Shown: positions 37,139-48,017 of the stretch, one piece after another
Layout of the letters: the number at the start of each line of letters is the position of its first letter
Numbering within the stretch: position 1 is the stretch's first letter
Assembly: GCF_947568905.1 (NCBI RefSeq)
Contig: NC_079169.1
Coordinates: 52,762,001-52,826,000 of the forward strand
From: Ostrea edulis
Lineage: Eukaryota
Length of the DNA stretch: 64,000 nt
Direction of reading: 5' to 3'
Program-made: the position numbers and the translations under genes
The notes under the pieces: generated by a model
Seen by the model: only the letters and a program-made list of their open reading frames with translations
What the model was told of the DNA's origin: nothing
Databases searched by the model: none

Positions 37139-39111
37139 ATGGCTTTACTCGCTACATTGGTCACTATTTTGTTCGTTAGCTCTTCTGTGAACGGTACGTA
37201 ATGCACTAAAAATTGTTCTTGAAAAAAAAAAAGAATGAACGGAAGAAGAAAAAAAAAATCAGCAAGATTTGCAAACTTTATATGAATCATTTTGTTTTTC
37301 TGTGTAATATTAAGCACACAAATTGAAAGACTTTGCTTTTCTTACCTGAATTTTAAATAGCGATTTCATATTAATAAAAAGAAAACCAAAATATCCAAAT
37401 TCAATATATTTATACCATTGCAATTTCAGGTCAGAACCAGTTTTTCCCGTGGATTTGGAGAGCATTCCCTACATGTCCTCATTTACCGTGCGAACCAATT
37501 CCTTTAAATGTTGCGGAATATTGCATTGTTCCAGGGCATCTCATGTTCCCGGGCTGGTCGATCTGTAGAAGTTGTGACGTTGTAAACCCAGAATGCTTAT
37601 CTGTAAATGAAAACCTACTTTTAACACCAACCAGCAACACACCTCCAATAGGTGGAGCACCTGTCGTGGGATCCGGGATCTCCGCACAAAAACCGGGAGT
37701 ACTTCCATGTTTGCATGTCTCGTGTTCATCTTTCAAGTCTCTGAACAGCTCATGCAAGAAAGAGGGACCAGTTATTGAATTCAATGGGGCTCAATGTAGA
37801 GACTGTGATACCATCGATCCTTTCTGCGAAGGCTTGAACCTGGACATTTGTCAGAACCACATTGTGGACTGCACGGGGGTCCCTAAGTCGACACCAAAAC
37901 AATGTATTGACCAGAGTGTCATTCAGTACAACAACCAACCTTGCTTGTCGTGTCCATTCCTAAAAACGTCAGAACCAGGGTGTGACGCAGCGGAATTCAG
38001 GCGGTGTCCCGGGCTACCCTGCTCAGATACGTCCAAAATACCAAAATCATGTCTTAAGGAAGGCCGGATGGTTATTCTTGGTTCATCTCAATGCCAGCTC
38101 TGTCCGGAAGTAGATCAATTCTGTCCGGATCTGAACTTGAATGTCTGTCCTCATCAGTCTTCCGGGTGTGTTAACCTTGATGCGAGAACTCCCAAGGAAT
38201 GCATTGATCAAGAAGTAATTGTGTACGAGAACAACCATTGTCTGACCTGTCCTAAGCTTAAACCCTCCGCCACCTGTAGACAATACATTCCTACAGGTGG
38301 TCAACAAGTCCAGCTCTGTCCAGAATCTTTCTGCCCACCGCTTACTGGAATCCCTCAGAATTGCATTACACAAGGAGAAATGTCCAGTGTTGAAGGCGTA
38401 CCTTGCAGGAAGTGTCCGGTGATCGATCCATTCTGTCCTGGTCTTAATCTACAAATCTGCCGGAATCATATCCTAGATTGCTGGGGAGCTCCAAGAAACG
38501 CCCCAAATAGGTGCAAGTCTCAATCGGTCATTTCCTTTGAAAATAGTGCATGTCTAACGTGTCCCTACTTCAAAACCGAGGAATCGGGATGTATAGAGGA
38601 AACCTACAACATGTGCCCAGGAATCCAATGTCCTGAGGTAAAAGGGGTACCCTACCGCTGTTTACGGGAGAAGAGGCCCGTGGGAACACAGTGCTCAACA
38701 GAATGTCCGTCCAAACTTGCGATTCCCGGATGTCCAATGGCGCCAAGGCCGCCGCAACTTCCATCCGCAACATCTGCTCCAGAAACACCAAGGCCACCCT
38801 TCAACCCACAGCTCTGTCCAGCTCTTATGTGTCCGGACCTTCCCATTGGTACACGCCAATCCTGTCTAAGGCCCGGTGTAATTGCCGGTCTGAACGGTCA
38901 GGAATGTCCAGGATGCCCACAGATTGACCCTGCCTGCCAACAAGAAAAGCAAATACAGATCTGTGAAAATCTCCGCCCCACATGCAGACCGATTCCACGG
39001 GGATTTCCCGCCAGGTGTTACGAACAAGCAACCACCTCTTACAATGGACAAAGGTGTTTGACGTGTCCAGATATTCTACCCTTCTGTCTGAGGTCGAATC
39101 CCTTGAACTAA
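37139..39111 (+). CDS. Secreted protein C (578 aa) with 10 six-Cys modules and Pro-rich linkers
   Basis: Exon 1 37139-37193 (MALLATLVTILFVSSSVN, donor G|GTACGT) joins by a phase-1 intron to exon 2 37430-39111, which extends the 522-aa ORF upstream. AATAAA at 39321. Confidence 0.9.
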
Positions 39112-40624
39112 ACTTGTGATTGTGCTGGCACTTCACTATCTTGAGAAATCCAATGCTTGTGTATATATTTCTGTAGTTGGTTCATCCTTGCATCTTTCAT
39201 TGTATATTACAAATCATAAACTTACATTTCATTTTTATTTTGTGGTAAATTTTGTAGTATTTATTTACATGTTTATCTTACATATACAATATGATTTTTT
39301 GTGATATAGAAAATGAAACAAATAAAACAATGAAATCTTAGACAGCATATTTTCATTTGTACAAAAAGACCACCTGAAATAAAGGGAGGAATCAATTTCT
39401 TAAACTTCAAACTCAAGGCAATAAAGTTATCAACTTAGTTGTCGACGACAATGTTGACCAGACAAAGATTATGCTATATCTAGATAAAAGGTGAATAATC
39501 AGGAAACTTTTCGAAACGCCAAGGAACACATGTAGACCCGGCTACCTAGCATGGCTACATCAACAAACGAAATCATTTGAAGCTGGGAGTTTTCGGGTCG
39601 TATGGGGCTTTAATGAATATTTGAAGGTATGTTTGGACACAAGTATAGTAGGAAAATGTGTTAAGAATGTTATTATATTAAATTTATGAGACAGTAACAC
39701 AAAAATACAACGATATCAGGCCTCAACCGTGCGCAGCTTTTTGTGCGCCGTAAATCGAAGGTTTTTATAAGGGGGTGAATCTGTAGCTCTTTGTTCCATC
39801 AAAAAAAAAATTCAGAGAGCTACAGTTCTTCAGCTAAGTTTACGGGGGCTCAACGTTCATGGGTTGCCACGATTTTACAGTTTTGTTGGAAAGTAATTTC
39901 ATTGATATGGTTTTTCTGCATTACAACATAAATTGGAACGTGCATCTCGTGTTTTGAAATCCAATTGAGAAGGGGGGGGGGGTTACCCACGAAAATTGAG
40001 TCCCCATGAAATCTACTTATTCCACTGTATATAGAAAGCTTGTACTTGAGGCTTGAGCCAACGAAATGTGTATAACTTTAATTATATTAAACCAACAGCA
40101 CACAGAAGCTGCACTAATTCCAATTCATACCTCTGGGTCATTCACAAAATTTGTTTATGACAGAGATTATGTGTGAAATATTTTATTGACGAGCACAAAT
40201 AAAACATGACCCCTGTAAAACCTCTACATACCTGACCGATGCCGTGGAACCCTCCAGCTACTATTCATCATCAACTTGTTTTCTACTGTCGCAGATTAAA
40301 TCTATTCTGCATAACTTATTGTACAACATTACTCGTGATATAATTAATAACAGCTGTCTCTACAGTTTTGCAGTACATGTGGATTGAAAACAAGGTAAAA
40401 AAAACAAAAAACCCAGCCCTATTACCGTCCTTCCTTAAGCTTTCTATTACTCATGTATACACATATTTCTTGCGGTGTTTGTATTGACAGTGTTATTCCC
40501 TGTATATAGGCAACATTAACTAATAATCAAACAAATAATGTGCACAAAGGTTTGTTTATCAAGTCACGTGCAGTCTACATTGACCACATTGTTTATAGTT
40601 TCGAAATACATACACATGTATACG

Positions 40625-41250
40625 TTGTATCAATCCGTAAATATAAAACATACGTGTGTTGTATCAATAAATATAAAATACACGTGTGTTGTATCAATCA
40701 GTAAATATATAAAACACACGTGTGTTGTATCAGTAAATATAAAACATACGTGTGTTGTATCAATAAATATAAAATACACGTGTGTTGTATCAATCAGTAA
40801 ATATATAAAACACACGTGTGTTGTATCAGTAAATATAAAACATACGTGTGTTGTATCAATAAATATAAAATACACGTGTGTTGTATCAATCAGTAAATAT
40901 ATAAAACACACGTGTGTTGTATCAGTAAATATAAAACATACGTGTGTTGTATCAATAAATATAAAATACACGTGTGTTGTATCAATCAGTAAATATATAA
41001 AACACACGTGTGTTGTATCAGTAAATATAAAACATGTGTGTTGTATCAGTAATATAAAACACACGTGTGTTGTATCATTAAATATAAAACACTCGTGTGT
41101 TGTATCAATCAGTATATATAAAACACATGTGTTGTATCAGTAAATATAAAACACACGTGTGTTGTATCAGTAAATATAAAGCACACGTGTGTTGTATCAG
41201 TAAATATAAAGCACGCATGTGTTGTATCAATCAGTAAATATAAAACATGA
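40625..41250. repeat. 30-34-bp minisatellite with a 96-bp higher-order trimer
   Basis: Units of 30+34+32 nt repeated 4 times from 40637, then degenerate monomers. Confidence 0.9.
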
Positions 41251-41423
41251 GTATATTTTATATTTACTGATACATGTAGATACATTGATTGATAAAGCTC
41301 AATGATACGGTGGCATAATCAGGACACGCAAATATTATTACTGGGTAGTAACTACGTCGAACACTCGACATAAATATCTCATGCGCTCGGCATCAGTGTA
41401 GACCATTACGTAAATATCAAGAT

Positions 41424-44352
41424 CACTGTCATGATCGTGTGCAGGATTGGACAAAACAAGATGGCAGACGGCATTTCCAAACAAAGGTAGGCTCTTAAAA
41501 CTCTTCATTTTACCGACTTATTAGACGACGAATTTATGAATTTAAAACACTGCCTGGCCAGGGAGGCATCATTAAGTTGATTGGTTGTTGGAATTCTTAC
41601 TCATGTACACGTACAACTTTAAATTCATTGATCGAAGTTGACGATGTTGCCTCGATAGAATTCGAAGCGGACGAAGATGTTTCTAATCATGTTTTCATGC
41701 ATTTTAAGAAAGATACTTTCGGTGAAATAGACTCTGCACATATCTTTTGATGAAAACTTGAACTAGTGTATGCGATTTGTCCCTTAAATTGCCTTGGTTA
41801 GATAGATATCTTGACTTGAACATTTGCTGATGTGCAGGATTGGACTGTGGTCGTTTCCACGATAAACGTGCCGGATTGGACCTCGATTTTGGTTCAGGAT
41901 TGGACCCTTTCTTAAATACATGCATTTTTTTTCTTACAGATACAATCAGGAGCGGACTTCCTTAAGCTTAAAAGTTGCAAGTGAATGAAGTGTGTTCTAT
42001 TTTATGTCTCCTACTAAAACCATAGTTTTGATAAACCTAAAAGAGCACATGGAGCAAGGAACTATCAGTAAGCCGGAAGAGCCAGCTCGGAAATCTTTAA
42101 GTGTTTGAGAATTTCACCGCGCACATGAATCTAAAGTTCTGCCATACGTTAGAAGGAGCCTTGTTCTCGAAGATCAACATGTTGAAAAGTCTTCATTTTG
42201 CAGAAGCAAATACATTTATATTGTATATACACATGTAGACCATGTTCGATTCCCAACCACTTAACATTTGTGATATCTGCATGGAATTATTAAAACTGAG
42301 CATGGTTTGACGTATAATAATCTCTTCAGGCATGATGGTTTACATTTCACAAAGCTGTTCAATGACAATAAAGACTATAAGATGTTGAGATGTTCATGTT
42401 TTCAATACTTAATCATCTCTCCACATGCACTTGTTCCTTTCATATGTATGCTTCTGTTGGAACCAGTTTTGATTGTTAAAGCGGGATTTATTATCTTTTG
42501 AAAAATTTCCCTATCATTTTGATTCTAATAATCTTGAGTGCATATGTCGTGCAAGATATCGAGGCCAACTCACTTACAAGGATAATTACTTACGGTAAAA
42601 GTGTTTGTTGGAATGTAGTAAATATCAGTATTTTTGTATTTAAAAACCTTTCGTTTCTTGTAATTACATTGAATTCAACCTTAGAGTGCATATACTGATG
42701 AAACAAAATAAAAAGGATATTTTCTCAGAAATTCGCAATATCACTCCTGTAGCTGAAATATGAACCTAAATGAAAAGCAGTTTTGTCCATGATATTTTTT
42801 CTTCTTCAATATTTGCTGCTCAGATGAGAGGTTACTCGTCAATACAAATTTTTCACTAGTTGTTATCAGTTCAATACAAACGCAATAACATTGAAATATA
42901 TTTAATAACAAGTAAAAATTAAGAACACTTCTGGTTCAATGAAGTAACAAATCAACATGTGTAAAATGCAATGCAAAAGATTAGTAGTATCTCTGTAAAA
43001 CAAAGCATAATACCGTAAAAATAATCGTTTCATAATGTACATAAACGGATATATAAAACGGCTGCCATGGTATATGTATGCACTTCGTGTATTCAGAAAA
43101 CAATGTAATTATTTTTACTTCATGTTTCTTTTATAATGTGCAAAAGCGTGTGTTGCACTGGTCACAAACGAAGACAATTTCTCTGATTGATGTTTCCTTT
43201 TTACATGCCTACGAAATTCAGAATTGGTCTTGAATTCCCCACCACCAATTTCGCACATTCGAAGTGTACCCATCTCATGGAATGAAGTTCTAGGGCTTGA
43301 TACCTGAAACAAAGGAGAAAATCTATATAACAGAGTTAGGAATTAGGGAATATGTAAGCGGATTAATTGAATTCAGGAAACGTCGAATTTATATTGTTAC
43401 AGAGGATTATAAAATGATGATAATTTCTCACGTGTTTTATAGGTCAAAATGGCCTTATATATCCTGGATACGAACAGTCAACGTTACATCTGTCGTAAGC
43501 AAAGATTGGTGATTCATGTATAGATCTGTTATATTGGTTTAATTGGAGGGAGATAGCGAATGAATATTTTTACAGTAGCAATTGTCGTCGTTGGGAACTT
43601 AATTGGAAATGTCTGAGAATCTAATAACTACATTAATCAAACTAAAATATGATAAAGTGAAGTCGATATTCGAAAATATAAAGGATTTTGAAAATAAAGA
43701 TAAAAAGAGGGTCCAATCCTGAACCAAAATCGAGGTCCAATCCGGCACGTTTATAGTGGAAACGACCACAGTCCAATAGAACACACTTCATTCACTTGCA
43801 ACTTTTAAGCTTAAGGAAGTCCGCTCCTGATTGTATCTGTAAGAAAAAAAATGCATGTATTTAAGAAAGGGTCCAATCCTGAACCAAAATCGAGGTCCAA
43901 TCCGGCACGTTTATCGTGGAAACGACCACAGTCCAATCCTGCACATCAGCAAATGTTCAAGTCAAGATATCTATCTAACCAAGGCAATTTAAGGGACAAA
44001 TCGCATACACTGGTTCAAGTTTTCATCAAAAGATATGTGCAGAGTCTATTTTACCGAAAGTATCTTTCTTAAAATGCATGAAAACATGATTAGAAACATC
44101 TTCGCCCGCTTCGAATTCTATCGAGACAACATCGTCAACTTCGATCAATGAATTTAGAATTGTACGTGTACATGAGTAAGAATTCCAACAACCAATCAAC
44201 TTAATGATGTGTCCCTGGCCAGGCAGTGTTTTAAATTCATAAATTCGTCGTCTAATAAGTCGGTAAAATGAAGAGTTTTAAGAACCTACCTTTGTTTGGA
44301 AATGCCGTCTGCCATCTTGTTTTGTCCAATCCTGCACACGATCATGACAGTG
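41424..44352. mobile_element. Non-autonomous DNA transposon with about 580-bp TIRs, CACTG termini and 5-bp TSD (Transib-like)
   Basis: Ends CACTGTCATGATCGTGTGC / GCACACGATCATGACAGTG. AAGAT at 41419-41423 and 44353-44357. Arms about 41424-42000 and 43782-44352 with internal GGATTGGAC repeats. Confidence 0.85.
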
Positions 44353-44852
44353 AAGATAAACACAAAAACTTTCATTTGCGGTTACGGAAATAGCCAAGTA
44401 GTTACGATTGAAAATTACTGTTACTTTTTTACCATTTTGAATTCATTGGTTAATTTTGTTTAGTTTTAACGGCCTTTTTCATTGCATACCGAATGTATTA
44501 TTGTTGTTTATAATTGTTTGCTTTGAAAAAGAGAAAAACGTCCAGGCTAAATGTGACGTCACGATGCACAGTTTACGTCGTCTTGCGTTTTATTTCCCGC
44601 GTTCAATGAATAGGCGGATCCCGTAAAACTGTTGTCCCCATATAAACCCCTTTAATACTGAGATGTTACTGGGTGTTTAGCGCAAGGAAAATTTCATTCA
44701 AAATATATATTATGATTACTACTTGGGACACTCCAATGACCATTACATTCTTCGCTCGGTCCAACGGTCACACCGTATACATATTATAATATTCACAATT
44801 ACTATGTAGCTATACAATGTTATTATTTCATTGTATTATTTCATTGAAGATC

Positions 44853-47800
44853 ATGCAATTTATACATGTTGCTCTGATGGTATGGCTTTCGAATTCACCG
44901 ACTTCCAGTTGCGTGAACTTTGATCAAGAGTTTACGTTCTCTTGCCCCTACAACCAGTCTATCACGCAAATCCACAGCGAGCACAAGAACGTTTACGAAG
45001 ACCGGGTATTTGATTTCAAATGCCCGTCTACACCAATTCGGAAAACTGAACCTGGTCAGGTCTGACTTTTATATTTGCTTACTAAGAGTTTTTAACCCTT
45101 TTATATTTATGCATACTTACCAAAAACTAATAGCTTTAAACACCATTTAATTGGTGACAAGACAATTATCAAGAAAATCATGAAATATCAGTGGCGGATT
45201 CAGAAATTTCTAAATACGATGGGGAAAGGTGTCTGGGGTGGTGGGGCTATCATGAGGCCACTAAAATATATGTCTTACTTTGATAGATTTAAGTATATTA
45301 AGGGGGCTTTGTCCTTTGGGACTCCACCAGTGTTTTTGGACATAATTATTCCTTATAAAAATAGATCATATTTGTGAAAGGGGATAGACGGCGTCCGGCG
45401 CTATACCCGCAACTTAATATGACTGTCTCTTTGAATATGAAAACACAGATTTCTTCATACAGCTTGTCAGGATGTATATCAATGAATAACATAATGCTGC
45501 CATCTTAACACAATAGTGTGCTAACTTATTTTGTACACGCATACCCAATCCAAAATAACTGTAGAGAGAATGCAGGTTGAGATATTGTAAAAAAGAAAAA
45601 AAAGAAAAAGAAAAAAAAAAAAAAAAGAAAGAAAGAAGTGTTTTGAAGTATGTTTATACCAGACACTTCCCAAAGGAAATTTTGACGAGAGGAAACGAAG
45701 CTTATCTTAGTCCTTAGAATCATATCGCTCTTTAACAATTCACTTGACTTTAATAACTATTATTACATTTGTCCGCCAAGGGGTTTAATGGAGATTCTTT
45801 AGCAATGGCTTTTGGTCTCCTCCAGAAGAAATGTATTTTGCACGTATTACAAAGACTAGAAATAAATACCGTATTGTCAAAATATTATGATAACCCTGTG
45901 GGTCTTGAGATATTGTAAAATAAAAACCGAGCACGAATTTTTCAACAACCTTCGGGTATTATTTTCTGACAAATTTCTTTTGTGCGGTTATTTCTTCAGT
46001 ATCACAATTTAGACAATATTTTAAAACCTAAATTTGAATAATTTCTGAATTAAGTACGGGAAGAAATCCATTATGAGTTGATTCATGCCGGCTCAAATGG
46101 ATACACCAAGAGAGTATAATTCCTGCTTTGTTGTTAACTTTACTGTTTACTTCTGTCTTTTCAGACTATGCCAAGAAGTTTGACAATCTCTTGGTTTACC
46201 AGTGCCCTAGCGCCGGGGTCATCGATGGCGTATCCAGTTACCATGTCAACCAGTATGAAGACAGACGCTTCCGGTTCTACTGCTGTCAGAAACCCGGTAA
46301 ACGATAGAACGTTCGCTGTTTAACAAATTTAATGCCAAGAAAGGTGAAGATACCGAACAGAGATCAATTTCTAAACTTCTGTAAGCAATACAAAATAGAG
46401 AGTTGGACAAACACAGACCCCCTGGATATACCAGAGGTGGGATCAGATGCCTAGGAGGAGTAAGCATCCCCTGTTGACCGGTCACATCCGCCGTAAACCC
46501 TATATCTTGATCAGTTAAACGAATTTATCCGTAGTCAAAATTAGTGTGCCAAGAACGGCCTAACAATCGTTATGAAACAAGTCAGACAGCATTTGACCCA
46601 ATGATGGGTTGTATTGGCAAAATAGATTGTTATAACGACCATAGAATTTGCAAACTGCTGACTTTACACGAGACTGTTGAAACCCCTGTACCATCAACGT
46701 GTTCGTCAGTAGCCTGCCTCGATTTAAAAACTGATCATACGCCAAGCTCTTGCGTATCGAATCAGTTGAGAGATATAAACACCATAGTTTCTGTGGAAAC
46801 GAGGGGGTTAATTATATTCGGTCTTTCATATCCCCCTCGTTTCTGTCCAAGCCTTCATAAAGTATGTGGGAAATCAGTCGTGCTTCGGTTTGAATTTATT
46901 TCAGCTTACATTTGATGTGAATCGTTCGAAAACTTACATAAATCAATTCATGAATGATTTTGCCGCAAGGGAATACAATTGAAACCATTCAATTCCACAC
47001 TAAAGCAACGATAATCGTCGTCATTTCAAACACTACATTCTTTCGCTATCAAATTCGCCTCCATGATAAACAATGTCTTCAGCGCATGCGTCACTTCTTT
47101 TTGTAAAACACCTAGAGAATCAAAAGGGGTGAAATGACTTACTGCTAGTAAATCGCACAAAAATCTAACTTTTTGGGAAGTTGACGATGGGGAGGCTGTA
47201 ATCATCCCGTTTATCATAAAGTTGAGTTGGTAGTTTGCCGTTAGTATCTACTTTCAATAAAATATCTAAGTATGAAGCAGAAGTGGATGACTTTGTGATG
47301 TATTTTATTTCGAGTTCGCAGGGATATATCGAATCGAGATATGAATGGAAATTACCATTGATAATAGATAAAACATCGTCGATTTATCTAAATGTCGCTT
47401 GAAGGCCACAGCAAGAGATTTTTTTTTCTTCTCACGTAGAATTCTTTAAATCAATTCTGCTTCGTATGAATATAAAACAGGTCAGCTAAAAAAGGAGCAC
47501 AATTCGTGCCTATGGATATTCCAACAGACTGTTGGAAGACCTGATCACCAAAGACTACAAGTACGACGATATTGTCAATGAGGAACTCCAGCATATTTTG
47601 TTTATTTCATCTTCAGAGTACTTGTGCGTGAAATCAGAGTAGTGTTTAACAGAGTGGTTTGTTAGATGACTAATCACTAAATACGAATATTTGCGTTTTC
47701 CATTTTTTGTTGAAGAAGCAACTGTCTATAATGTCAAAAAGTCTAGTCTTTAATTTATTGTGCGGAATGGTCGTGTAAAGTGTTGAAAAGTCATACGTTT

Positions 47801-47964
47801 CGATATTGTTGATTTGAGAAAAGCTTTGCGATTTCAAGTTTAATAAAATTTCTTTAGAATATTTTTAGAATCCATATTTGATTTACATCACTTCTGGCAT
47901 AGTAACTAATGACAAAGAATTCAAGGTATCACACCAATAATTATTTTCAGTATACATTGTATAT

Positions 47965-48017
<53 letters not shown>

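Noticed and set aside
40538-41143. 201-aa and 144-aa repetitive ORFs
   Set aside because: By-products of the 96-bp higher-order minisatellite; no splice or domain support.
41704-44072. Two near-identical 73-aa ORFs on opposite strands
   Set aside because: Mirror images within the TIRs of the CAC-ended element; no transposase motifs.
41424-44352. Autonomous RAG-like or Transib transposase
   Set aside because: No long ORF or DDE-type motifs in the 1.8-kb interior.
46544-46915. Recurrent ORFs beginning MCQER.NNRYET (also 19982)
   Set aside because: Antisense reading of Penelope-like RT fragments.
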